49,642 nucleotides of DNA from Rotaria socialis. Lineage: Eukaryota. The stretch is from the NCBI GenBank assembly GCA_905331295.1, contig CAJNYD010000072.1, positions 1 through 49,642 on the forward strand, given 5' to 3'. Below, piece by piece: positions 35,787-48,559 of this stretch. Under the pieces are notes generated by a model. The model did not search any database, was not told the origin of the DNA, and was given only the letters and a program-made list of their open reading frames with translations. Made by a program: the position numbers and the translations under genes. How positions within the stretch are numbered: position 1 is the stretch's first letter; each line of letters starts with the position of its first letter.

Positions 35787-37298
35787 ATGCTGAATAACAC
35801 AGTATTCGTTGTTGTTTTAGCTACAACACATAATCCTGTACCAATCATCGTTCAGCATGAGCAATCTCATTATGGTTTCTATGCATTTATTTTTGTTATT
35901 AGTGTTGTTATTCTTGGATTTATTCTATGGTACAGCTGATCAAGACGTTTTTTGATAATTATCTTCTTTTATGATTTAGGTATGTGTTTATTAGACCATC
36001 ACAAACACGTAAGTTTCGACGGATGTTTATATATTTGCCATTGATTTCAGTGGTGAGTAAAACGACTGAAATTTGTTTTTATGTTTAGCTAAATCAACGA
36101 TTCGTCCGCCATCCGATGATAGTGACTCAGACAATAGTAATGATAATAATCAATATAAAGTGCAAACATTAAATGATTATAGAAGTGATCATAGATCTTT
36201 ACGAAGAAATAAAAGTGCTAATTCATTATTATTTCATGATGACGATGATAATCATCTCGAAAGAAAATGTAAGAAAATCAGCCTTCATTTATTTTTTGAA
36301 CTGAGAAGTTCAGAAAATAACTCGTACCCATTTATTTGTATATATACAGTATCCGACGATATGACTTTCAATAATATTAGAAATCAGCACGACACGATAC
36401 AAATGTTAATCAACAATCTTCAACAATCAGGTAAACAAATCACATTTTACTTGTGAGTAGATTTTACTGTGATTAATAATCGTTCGAACAGTTCAATAAA
36501 AATAAAAATCTCTTTCCCAAGATATTTAAATCAATTCAATTATTTTTAATGAGCTATTTGTTGACTGATTATGTCTCTCGAGAAAAACGGTTGGCAGTAG
36601 AAAGGTTGAAAAGTGAAATCAAAATTCTAATCGTTTATTATTCATTATTGTAAATCTAACTATTCTATGGGTTCACCATTGTTACTATTGATATTGATTA
36701 TACGGGTAATATCTGTTAAAAGCAAGCTAAAATTAGATCATAATGACTACAATTTGCTCTCATCTTCATCTAATCAGAATTATGCATCATCTCTACTAGC
36801 CCGGTTGCTCAGAATTTTAACTAAAGGAAGAAAACATTTTTATTTAGAAATAAATATATATAATATATTTTAGATTTCGAATCGATTAACTCTTCGACCA
36901 TTGGTGAAATTCTTTCTGAATTAATTCAAAATGAAGTTGACCTAGTCAATGCGAATCCAAATCGACAATCATCAACTGATCTTGCCTCATTTCTTCGTGA
37001 CTCATCAGAAATTTTTCATATAGTTCGAAATATCATAACAGAAAAGTGTTCACGTCAATTATTAAATCCGAATAATTTTCTTCAATATCAATATTTAATT
37101 GATATTGTTCATAGTTCAGAATTTATTCTTGAATATCTTCATCAAAATTATTCAAATGACCAAGTATTTGTTATCGAAATCTTAACTAGTCTTCATGAAA
37201 TCTTATCAACAATGAATAATAACTCGCAAAGATGCCAATATATTTGTCAATGTCTTTTTGATATTCTTCAGAAACTAAATAGAAAACAAACTTCTTGA
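35787..37298 (+). CDS. Unknown single-pass membrane protein, multi-exon model
   Basis: Phase-consistent exons: ..SHYGFYAFIFVISVVILGFILWYVFIRPSQT (TM), then KSTIRPPSDDSDSDNS.., then DHNDYNLL..RILTK, then a 141-codon terminal exon DFESINSS..RKQTS* (36874-37298). The start codon and one donor site are uncertain. Confidence 0.55.
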
Positions 37299-37949
37299 TC
37301 ATCATTAAAACAATTTCTACATTATTTCCTTTTCAATAATCTTGAACCTTTCGCGATGATAATTTTAATGTTGATTTCCTAATAGTATATCCGCTATTCA
37401 AAAAACATTTTATTTTGTTTGGTGAGTCAGAGTAAAGTTTAAAAACAATTGCTACCCTATTTATCCGTGAGCTTGTTGCTTTAAGTAACCTAAATACGAG
37501 AAGAAAATGAGTTAGTTTCAAACCATTTCTAATCGTTTCGGGTTTTTTCTGAAAAACTTCATTGATTATTAATCGTAAAAAAGAATGTAGCGATTATTGA
37601 AACGGCAGGAAAATTTTGTATTCTTATATTCTTGTTTAACATTAATTGAATCAAACGATATTTTCATGACTGGGCAAAGTTAGAGTTGTTATTGAAATAA
37701 TCTACTAAAAAATCATTAATTGTAGATATCGAAAAACAGTTTGTTAGAGAAATTCGATTTGAAACTCAATTAACTTTAGTTGCCTGATTATAGATCGATT
37801 TTGTATGCGAATATTTGCATATCTATGTCTTCTTTCACATATAGTATCTTCAATCACATAATCGTTGAAATAAATCGAGGATATAATGATGAATTAAACA
37901 GGGACGGAGACATTTCGTACCAGTGTCCCGGACACCCGGTAATTCGTTG

Positions 37950-38515
37950 AGGTGTTCGGAATTGATTTTTGCCTTTAAAAATATTTACCGGGAGTACGTA
38001 ACACATGTTGGCCATGATATCGTAATTAAATAAAAAAAGCACAGGGAAATCGGAATGAAATGGTCGACAATATGTAAAATACTGTCAGGAAATCGGGACG
38101 AAAATGGCGGGATGTCCGTAAACTCAGGGTGTGAGTTTGACTATTTGTGACTACACTCACACCCACACCCTTTTTTTATGATTTTGTTCTCTGTTTCGTG
38201 TTCTTTGTTCGATTGTTTATGCTATTTCTTGTGTCTTTCTCTGTTTCTCTCCAAATTCTTTTTCTATGTTGAAAAAGATTTATTGTGTTCACCGGAACGT
38301 TGTTCTGTTTATTATCTTTAAATACCAGCTGCTGAGTCATTTGAAATCTCTCAAAAAAGTGTACACATGAACATAGTTACGAACATCCTGCCTCTTTTCA
38401 TTACGATCTTCCGGTCATTTTCATCCCGAACGCCTCGCAAATTTCAGTTTTTTGTTTTTCAAAAATACTGCTGTCCGTCACAGTCCACTGAACAACTTTC
38501 ATTCCGAACACCCTG
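37950..38515. mobile_element. Possible short non-autonomous DNA transposon (hAT-like CAGGG end)
   Basis: 12-bp perfect inverted repeat ggtgttcggaat (37951-37962) / attccgaacacc (38501-38512) followed by ctg. The interior is rich in CGG/CCG. No TSD seen. Confidence 0.35.
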
Positions 38516-39963
38516 GTTGTTTAAAATTTTTGTCATTCCGAAGAGCATGTATGTTTTTCTATGTCGGAAAAGCGTAATGAAAAGTTAGTGCGAAATGTCT
38601 CTTTCCCATTAAACATCAACATGTAAATAATTCCCTAAGCATATAATTTTGATATATGTATGTACGAAAGCAGAAAAGGATAATGATTGCAATATTAATC
38701 TTTCATTAAAATATTATTTCAACGATAAAAACAACCGAAGAAAATAGCTTCTTAATAGGCGTGAGTAACAAATCATTCAGAAAGGACTACAAGTTAATTT
38801 TTACTGTAGATGAAATATAGCTTTAACATGTTATTTAGTCTTTTTAATTAATCGTATGATTCGTCATGATGAAAACCGTAATGCTTAAGATTACTTAGAT
38901 AAGATGTTCGAATGTTGCATAATTATTTCTAATCATATCGACTCATGAAAGTGTTTAATCAATTTGATAATTCATTTATAGAAATTATGATTCAATGATA
39001 ATTTTCTGTTGAAAGTGTATTTCATTGATGCTTTTTCTTGTTCGATAAATTAGCCACATAGCATAAATAATTAATCGCTGTTATATTCACAAATATAATT
39101 CCCTAAAACAAAATCAAAATATTGAAACAAAAATTTTCTTTTCTGAGGATTAACGCTTCGATATAGGAGCTGTCAGTAGGCAAATTTTCACTGGGTTGGT
39201 CTCACTGGAAACGCCCACTGATTAAAACCGATTAAATAATACTGATGATTTTTCGCATATCTTTCACTCTCAAGTTTATCATTCTACGTAGTTTTGATTG
39301 TTCACTGTATTGGTTCTTATAAAAATGAGATAATAAATTAAGACAAAATGACGATTACTTGAAATGCTTTTGCCACGATCGATTTTGTAATGCGACGAAA
39401 ATAAAACAACATAAGTCTAACGCATTTTAGGTTATCTTGAGTATTTGTGATATTGATTCAGACAACTATATTAAATTTCATTTACTTCGATTTTTGAAAG
39501 AAAAACAAATTGAATTATCAAACTACTCGTAATAGTTTACATGTTCCTCAAATATGCAATGCACGCAAGAGCGATCTATAATTGCCGTGCTCGAACGATA
39601 TGATTTTCTCTAAATGTGTGAATATATTCACGCGCATTGCAATGCAAAATATTTATGGAGGTCTTACAGATATGTTTGTTTATCAAAATGCATAATATTT
39701 TGAAATTTGTAAGACTTTCGATAACTCAATGAATTAATTTCCGTCACACAGTATCAATCTTGCCTTACGTGTGCTTTTCACATTTTATGATTTCTTTTCT
39801 TTTAGTTTGCATTCACATCCTTGATCGAGTTTCAAAAACATATATAGGTGCTTTCTTTCTGCTCTTATTTTCATGTTAGAGTTGAAGGTGTTTTTTATTA
39901 TGTTATTTCAAACATAATATTTTATTTCATTCAAAAATTTTAAAGCATCACTCTCATCAGAGC

Positions 39964-40788
39964 TTAACGACGACCGACGATTGAACCGTGAAGGTTGTTG
40001 ATGGTTTCGGAGAGTGATCCGAGAGCGTTGAGTCCATGACCAACAAGTTGTTCTTGGAGTTGTTGGAAGTGTGGTTTTGAGGCATCGAGAATACCTGAAC
40101 CAATAGCAGCAAGTTGACCAAGAGCACCTTGGAGGGCTGTTTGAGCATTACCAACCAAAGTGGAGAATTGTTCGGAGAGGCCTTCAATAGAATGAAAAAA
40201 TAAGAATGTTGTCTGATATTTCATCTTTCGACTTACTTCCGAAGATATCACCAATAGCACGTGATGTTGGGGCAAGGCTTCCAAGAGCACCGAGAACAGC
40301 GGATAAACCTTGGTTCAATGCATGTTGACCTAATCCAACGATGGCTGGTTTAACGGAGTCAATGAATTGTTGGAAGATTTGACCAATGTTAAATTCAGCA
40401 CGACCAACTAATAACAACAACAAAAGTCAGTTATGATTTTCGATAGTGAATAAAAAACAAAAAGAAGTCGATACATACTCATACCGATGACTGATGTGGC
40501 TAAGCCAAGGAGGTTTCCACTAAGAAGACTGGTTGCAGCACCGATGATGTTTTGAAGGTTGTCGGTGATAAAGCTGAAGTCGAATCGACCACCGAGTGTA
40601 CCAATGAGTGTTTGAACGTTACCGAGAGCTTGTTGAACTAAATTCATGAGTGATCCTTGGAGGTTACCGACGATAGCTTGAATAACACCTTGGCTTTGTC
40701 CAAGGAGTTGTTGAATAGTTTCAGCGAGTGGATTCGCCATTGAGCCGGCGATACAGGCAAAGAAAACGATAGCAAGAGCAGCTTTCAT
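39964..40788 (-). CDS. Secreted Gly/Leu/Gln-rich amphipathic precursor protein, paralogue A (3 exons)
   Basis: Signal peptide MKAALAIVFFACIAGSMA, two phase-1 GT-AG introns (the second at 40182-40236) and C-terminus ...HGSIVGRR*. Codon usage is C-ending-rich compared with the flanks. Confidence 0.9.
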
Positions 40789-40868
40789 TGTAATTGATTG
40801 GATTAGGAAACGAGTTGGAGATCGAAATGTGATGAGAATGAATGAATATACACAGTAAAATACTTGTC

Positions 40869-40876
40869 TTTATATA
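40869..40876 (-). promoter_or_regulatory. TATA box of paralogue A
   Basis: TATATAAA on the minus strand ~80 nt upstream of the ATG, within a ~70-nt block conserved with paralogue B. Confidence 0.7.
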
Positions 40877-43306
40877 CTTTTCTTGCCAAAGCAGCCTGTC
40901 TGTTTTATGGGATGAAATTATTAAATATCCGATGAGAACTTGAGCATACGTTGGCATTTGCTGATGGCAATGGCAGTTTCATTCAGATCCAAGCCTGTTT
41001 TACTGTGTACTATGATGAAACACCTACGTAGTTATTTTAGTAATAATGCTCCTATAGTAAAACAAAAAATTTATCTGCGCATGTAAATATTCTTGTTTTT
41101 CTCTGCTGATGAGAAAAGCACCAGAAGTTTACAAGGTTAACATTGCTTTTTGTATTCAAGTAAACTTAAAAATGAAGAGAAATGTTTAAAGTTGTACTTT
41201 TGTTAAAAGGATGTCAATTCAAAATAGTTTCAAAATTGTATATTATGAATGTTGCTGTAGCATGCTGAAAGATTTATTTAGGTGTGTACTTTCCGAGTCG
41301 GACGATATGAATACTACGTTTTGTTTTCTAGATTTTTAGCTGATAGCATGCAAATGAAAAAGAAACAAGTTGTATCGATGCACAAATCACAGTGCCGTTT
41401 AATGCAACAATTATTAACTCTAAAAGTTCATTTCAGGATAAGCAAAGTTGCTCGTTGAACTGAATAGGATATAAGAAAAAGTGATGTTTCTACTAAAAAA
41501 GAAAGTCTTTTATTTTCTGTTAATCTATGATTATAGGTCAGATAATGTCTTTTGTTTTATAGACAACTTTGTTTACGAAACTTTTCTGTAGTCAGAAATC
41601 AATAAACGGGAAAACTCTCGTTATTACTAATAGAACAAGAGTAGAGTAATTAGTCAATTTATATGAACACGCCAGATTGAATATTATGAACTCTCATGTC
41701 TTTTAAAAAACGAACAGCTTTTATGAACACTCAACAAAGCTGCCGTAAATCAACAGAATTGCATTTAAACTAATTTAGCAGATATCCGCTTTAGTTAATC
41801 GAAATCTAGAAAACTTAGCAACCGAATCCCGATTTGAAATAAGTTCTAAATTGTAAACTACATTGAAGTCTAACGCCATTTTCAGATATTTTGTGAATAT
41901 AACTAGTTTAAAAATAATTTTCTCGTGTATAATATTTGATGAAAGAATGTTCAGGCTTTTGCATTCTTTCGCTTTTCATAAAATTATGCTACTAGTTAGC
42001 ATCGTTGCCACTGTATTGAGTTCTTCTGTTGCGAACACTACTGTGATATACTATTACGGTCGATGCAATTTGTAGAGTTGACTTTACTTTCAAATATGGG
42101 ACGATTTCAGTAGATGAATTGTGTTTTTGAGTTTCTTATACAACGACAGCACGTGTTGCTCTTGAAAAATGATATTACGATCAGATACTTCTATTGTGAC
42201 TATTGGAATACGGTATAGTCGTAAAGGACTATCGATAAATTAAAGCGAACACTTTTAACAGATGGATCTTTTTAATACGCAAAGCATTCGAATAAGTCAG
42301 ATACGTATTTCATTTTGCTTTTAATTTTATTATATAACACAGATGTAAAGTACGACATATATGTGATTAGGTTTTAGTGAGATAATTTCCTTCGAGTCCA
42401 GTTAAGAGTTCATGAATAAGAAAATTATGAAATATATGCAAACAAAAGAAAAAAATCAACAATATTGGATTAACAAAGTACAACAGAAAATGGGATAAAG
42501 ATTTATATATCGTGCGAATATTAAAAATAACTTCATGTTTATCAGAAAAACATTGATTACGATGACTGTGACAACCCATCTATCCATGCAGACCTAAAGT
42601 GAAATGAATGCATATGCAAAACTAGATCGTAACCATTTAAATATGCGTGAAAAAATCATCCTATTAAAATTTATATTTATCTTTAATTCGATATGAATTA
42701 TTTTTCAAGGTTAATTTTAGTAATTACTTATGCTATGAATATAGCTTCTATAATATCTATACATATCGCTGTTTTTAAAAATCTAGATTCCTCTGAATAA
42801 AATATAGGACTTTGTCACACAAACCATTGCGATTTTATTACATTCAATCACTATAGCATCGCGCACTAGACAATATTGATCGTTTGCTATATTTTGAATT
42901 GTTGATTCCTTAAAAAAAACATTCATGGATTGATTGAAATATAATCTATAACGGATATTGAAGTCACTAACATTAGACATTTCGATATTATACGGCATTT
43001 CTGATATTTTGTCGAAACTCCATGAATTATCAAACTCAACAGATCATCTTAATATGCCGAAAACAGCATTTCCATTGATAGACTAACTGGTACTATCAAA
43101 TTAGGCCAACATAATCAAAGCGAAAAAACTTATTTACTTAAATCATCAACTATCGAGGATATTCCATAAGAGAATCGACCTCTTCCAACTAGTTAGAAAG
43201 ATTTAGTAATAGATCATTCAAAGCAATTAGCTATTTTTTGTGCTTTATCATGCACAAATATTTATTAGATAAATCATTCATAGGGGATTAAATTCTAAGA
43301 CGATGT

Positions 43307-44120
43307 TTAACGACGACCGACGATTGAACCGTGAAGGTTGTTGATGGTTTCGGAGAGTGATCCGAGGGCGTTAAGTCCATGACCAACAAGTTGTTCTTGG
43401 AGTTGTTGGAAGTGTGGTTTTGAGGCATCAAGAATACCTGAACCAATAGCAGCAAGTTGACCAAGAGCACCTTGGAGGGCTGTTTGAGCATTACCAACCA
43501 AATTGGAGAATTGTTCGGAGAGGCCTTCAATAGAATGAAAAAATAAGAATGTTGTCTGATATTTCATCTTTCGACTTACTTCCGAAGATATCACCAATAG
43601 CACGTGATGTTGGGGCAAGGCTTCCAAGAGCACCGAGAACAGCGGATAAACCTTGGTTCAATGCATGTTGACCTAATCCAATGACGGCTGGTTTAACGGA
43701 GTCAATGAATTGTTGGATGATTTGACCAAAGTTAAAGTCAGCACGACCTAATAATAACAACAGTTTGTTATGATTTTTGACAGCGAACAAAAACAAATAT
43801 GTATACATACCTAAACCAAGAAGTCCTTGGAGTAAACCAGAGAGGTTTCCATTAAGAGCAGTGGTTGCAAGGTTGACGATTTCTTGGAAGTTACCGAGGA
43901 GAGCTGTGAAGTCGAATCGGGCACCAATTGTACCAATGAGTGTTTGTACGTTACCAAGAGCTTGTTGAACTAAACCCATGAGTGATTGTTGGAGTTGGCC
44001 GACGATAGCTTGTAAAACACCTTGACCTTGTCCAAGGAGTTGTTGAACAGCTCCGGCAAGTGGGTTGGCCATGGAGCCAGCGATACAGGCAAAGAAAACG
44101 ATAGCAAGAGCAGCTTTCAT
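43307..44120 (-). CDS. Secreted Gly/Leu/Gln-rich amphipathic precursor protein, paralogue B (3 exons)
   Basis: Same signal peptide and intron positions as paralogue A (second intron 43525-43579); ends ...HGSIVGRR*. Confidence 0.9.
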
Positions 44121-44200
44121 TGTTGATGATTGGATTCGAATACGAACTGGAAATGGATATGTGATGAGAATGAATGAATATACACAGTAGAATACTTGTC

Positions 44201-44208
44201 TTTATATA
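44201..44208 (-). promoter_or_regulatory. TATA box of paralogue B
   Basis: TATATAAA on the minus strand at the same relative position as in paralogue A. Confidence 0.7.
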
Positions 44209-46549
44209 CTTTTTTTGCCAAAGCAGCCAATCTATTTTATGGGATGCAGTAGCAATCGCGTGATGAGAACGCGAACATGTGATAGTATTTGCTGATTTGA
44301 TTGGTTACCAAAGTGTCTTTTGGATAGTTCTGATTGCTTTTTCATCAGACACCTACGAACCCGTTTTTCATTCGTGGAACTAGTTATAAAAGCTTATTCA
44401 AGCAATCAAATAGTCTTGTAGTATGTTGTTGAGAACAAAAACACATGCTTATAGTTCGTTCGTTTTACTAAATTGTATAATACAAAAATGAGAAGATATG
44501 ACTTATAAGCTGCTTTTTATTTTTAAAGCTTTTCAGAATTGAAACATTTGAATTTTAGTTAGTAATCTTCAAAAAATAAGAGAATATCTTTACTAATTCA
44601 TATCATTCCAGTAGCATTTTCTTCTCGTCGCAATTTTCAGATATGTAGCTATGATAGTTTGAAGCTACGAAGGGATCATCAAAAAGCATAATTTCGCACT
44701 GTTTTTTCTTCATGTTACTATAAGTATCAACAGAAAATTCTGGGAAATGATAATATTAAATGCAATGCTACTTCTATTAATTCAAAAATTTAACTTTATA
44801 ATGAATACATTTCATTCTTTGATACCAGCCAATAATGGTATCACATGATATACTTATGAAGGTTCAAAATTCACAACAATGACACTCTAAGACTTGGATA
44901 GTTTGAAAAGGAAATACGATTGCTCATTGAATCATTATTGTTAGTCTCATCTAATATGATTTTTTTTAGTTTTCCTTCGAATATTTTTCTGAAATCTCCG
45001 AAAACATTTGATTATTATTGATTGAGAAAAAGAAATCATTTTTTTCGAGTATTTGCCAGGAAAGCGACTTGCAAATCAATTCACAGGCTTATAACTGCAG
45101 AATGATAAAATAGAAAGACTTAAGAGTTTTCGTATCGTATTGTAGATTTTCACTCGAGGGTTTTAATACGCATCCGATACTCAGAAATTCAATACAATCA
45201 ACTCGCAGGACTATATTCATTGCTAACCAGATCGATTTCCTTTTAAAACGACACAAAAAACCCTATCTCTATCTTGTTCCTGTCAAAATTTAGTAATAAA
45301 AATATTCATTCACTTTTGTTTTCAAATAATAAAGAGTGTTTCTAGATAAACACGAAATGCAAACATATTTAATGATCAGAAATCAAAAATCAGTATAACA
45401 ATACATCTTTTTTTTTTGATATTTTAATCTGTTGTACTGCCTTCGTTATGCAACATTTTAAAGAAATTCAAAATTGAATAAAAAAATTATTTTTATATAT
45501 ATTTACAAGAATAAATGAATCAATTAGACACAGATCATAAAAGAAATTACAGTACATGTTTACTGCTTTCTTTCAACGCTTTTTCTTCTTTCTACTTATT
45601 CGCACATGTGTAAGGATCATATGTATGTGATCAAAAGAAAAAGAAGTAGAATACAAAATCGATTTTAAATAGTAAAAAAATTTCCATAATGATTAGTCAG
45701 AAAATAATGAAAAAAATGATACTTAAAATGTAGAACTCTTGTATGCGATAAGCCAGAATCAAATATTGAGTGTCGACAAATATTAGCTAGAAAGAAAAAT
45801 AAACTGATTATAGAATATTTCTATATATCATAATAGTCTTATGAGTCTACATAAACAGCTATTGGAACCATGTTGAAGAGTATTTCAATTATCGTATATG
45901 CTTACGATATTCAATAGGAAAATCGTAACCAGCATGGTTGCCTCGTTTATTCGAAATTTCTCCAGTCAGTTAGTTGTTTGAGAAGAAATTATCGCTGGAT
46001 AAAAGGTAGTCGTTAATATTTCAGTCGGCGTTTATTTTAATCAGACATCACGCAATCTGTATTTTACTTAAACTTGCCAAATCGCTATTAAATTTCTGCA
46101 GAATTCCTCTGCTACTAATAATTTTGCTTCAATAGTCTCGTGTTGAAGAGAATAAATCGAAAACAAAACATTTCTATTCAGTTTCAGGCTCTCCTTCAAA
46201 AATTTACTCCTCTCACGCTTTCAAAGACACAACATATATTAGGCGCACAAATGAACGCCATTATCGAAGCATTTCACCCTACTGATCTGAAAAAAATACA
46301 ATGTGGAGTTTTACGTGAAGAAGTATTTTTACATGAAAATATTAATCAAAAAAACAAACTTCGGAATAGTTTACGAAACAGAAAATCAATTGAAAACATG
46401 CTGAACTCTTTCCATTGGTTAATGGCTATTAACGAACGGATGGACTGTTATATTTACGTTTCTATGTAGCTGAACGATGCCATTTTACAAATTAAGTCTA
46501 AACTTTAATCCCAAATCAATTATCTCAATTTGAAAAAAAGATAACACCT

Positions 46550-47007
46550 TTATCGAAATTACTTCGCGCAAAACTCTCCCATTCAATAACATATGTTCCT
46601 ATTTTCTTGCAACTGTTCAATCATTATAGTGCGTTGCACTGTAAACCATATGACTGACAAATTTTTGGTTCATTCATATGAGAATATTATTGAGAAGAAA
46701 ATTTTCAAGATTGAAATGTTGATTTCAACCATTTGAATCCATTAAAGAGAATCGAAGGATTTCGTATTTCTTCATTTGATGTTAAATATGCTGAACGACA
46801 TGCAATTTCATTACAAGCTAAACAATGCAATACGGGAATTAAATCATTTTTACTTTCATGTTCTTCTGGTTTCGTTGTAATAAAATAAGAAAATAATGAT
46901 CGTATAAGATCTTCATCAATAATTATTTCTCCACATCTATATAGATTTCCGTGATATCGGATTAGATCGATACTCGCACAGTCAGTACTCTCCAATAAAA
47001 TAACTGA
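46550..47007 (-). pseudogene. Decayed coding-like fragment of unknown family, truncated by the gap
   Basis: About 100 open protein-like codons (SVILLESTDCASIDLIRYHGNLY..PVLHCLACNEIACR..) followed by stops. Confidence 0.3.
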
Positions 47008-47107
47008 NNNNNNNNNNNNNNNNNNNNNNNNNNNNNNNNNNNNNNNNNNNNNNNNNNNNNNNNNNNNNNNNNNNNNNNNNNNNNNNNNNNNNNNNNNNNN
47101 NNNNNNN
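47008..47107. other. Assembly gap (100 N)
   Basis: Run of 100 n; true size unknown. Confidence 0.99.
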
Positions 47108-47339
47108 TACCGCATTTTTACAGGTGACCTGATCACTTCGGTATGCTCAGGTGAGTTACCCTTCGTGGGGTAGTGTAGTGAACGATAAGTTCCAATACTT
47201 CAAAGTCGCGTTGCAGCGACGAAGTTTATATTAAATTTTATAATACGTTACAGATAGTAAAGTGCGCACGATATCATTCTGTTCTTACACATTGTTGCAG
47301 TAACATCGTACGAAATGCGCAAAGACAATACTGCCAGTT

Positions 47340-47962
47340 TATGATACCCCGACCCGGTTACAATCGAATTCAGCGCGGTTTATGATACCGGGACTAACCG
47401 CGTTGAAAATTACCGCGGTTACAATCGAGTTCAACGCGCTTTACGATACCGCGGTTTTTCTTGAAAAATATTTTCAGTGTGGAAAAAACTTTATATCACA
47501 TTTATGAAGATATACTACGAACCTAATCAAAGGTCGCCGAGGTACTCAAAATTTCCAGCACAGAATGTGTTGAAATCATAAGCAGAATCTTCTCAGCACG
47601 TTTCATGAAGACGCAACTTACACAACCGCGTTGATATACATGATCACCGCGTTTTATAAAACCGCGACCAACCGCGACTTATTCTACCGCGTTGAGATAC
47701 ATAATCACCGCGTTCCATAAAACCGCGACCAACCGCGACTTATTCTACCGCGTTGACGCATATGATTACCGCGGTTTCATGAAACCGCGACTAACCGCGG
47801 TTCATAATACCGCGGTGCCAAGGAGGCGCACCGCATTCTCTTTGAAACGCGGTGTACAAAACCGCGTTTTTTCTAGGACACCGCGGTTCATCATGGGAGA
47901 ACCGCGATAACAATAAAATCCCGCGGTTGACCGCGATTTTTTCGAATTTTTTTTTCCGTGGG
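47340..47962. mobile_element. CpG-rich element built of ACCGCG/CGCGGT motifs with a 61-bp tandem triplication; probable non-autonomous DNA transposon end
   Basis: Many accgcg/cgcggt copies. 61-bp units start at 47625, 47686 and 47747. The element ends in ttttttttccgtggg. Confidence 0.6.
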
Positions 47963-48559
47963 AGCCATGTGAATAATTGCTAATGACTTCACAACCGTTG
48001 TTTGTGCTAAACCAAGAATTATCTTTGTAATAAGGGTGTGTGGTTGTATATCTTCTTCCACCCACACCCTCAAGAATATTTTTTTTTCTTTTGAACTATT
48101 TTGTATTTTGTACTTAGTATTAAACAAGTTCTCAGTCAGCCTACTAAATAGACGAAAGGAAAAATACTATTAAAAAAACAAATGTCACTATATAGTACAA
48201 GAATTTGTTCAAAACACATGATTATACACATTAAAAGTTTTTGTTTTCGTCTAACAACCATCTGATCGTTGCATAGATTGATTTCGAGAGATAAACAATT
48301 TAGTTCACTCACCCACACCATTTTAACAATCGATTTGTCTTATATGTAAGACAATTTTCTTCGTCTTTCAATAAGACTCTTAGAACAATTCTCTCGTATA
48401 GTTTATTTGAGATATTAAGTTGGAAGAAATATTTTTCTTTTATATGAAAACAGATTATGTGAGAAAAAGATATTAAATTTTGAAATACGATTCAACTGTT
48501 GTTATTAATTGCAGAGGGAAATTGTTTTACTATATAAATCTTGAGATTTAATTCTTCAT

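Noticed and set aside
47692..48127. ORFs over the ACCGCG-rich element
   Set aside because: Open only because the repeat is GC-rich and poor in stop codons.
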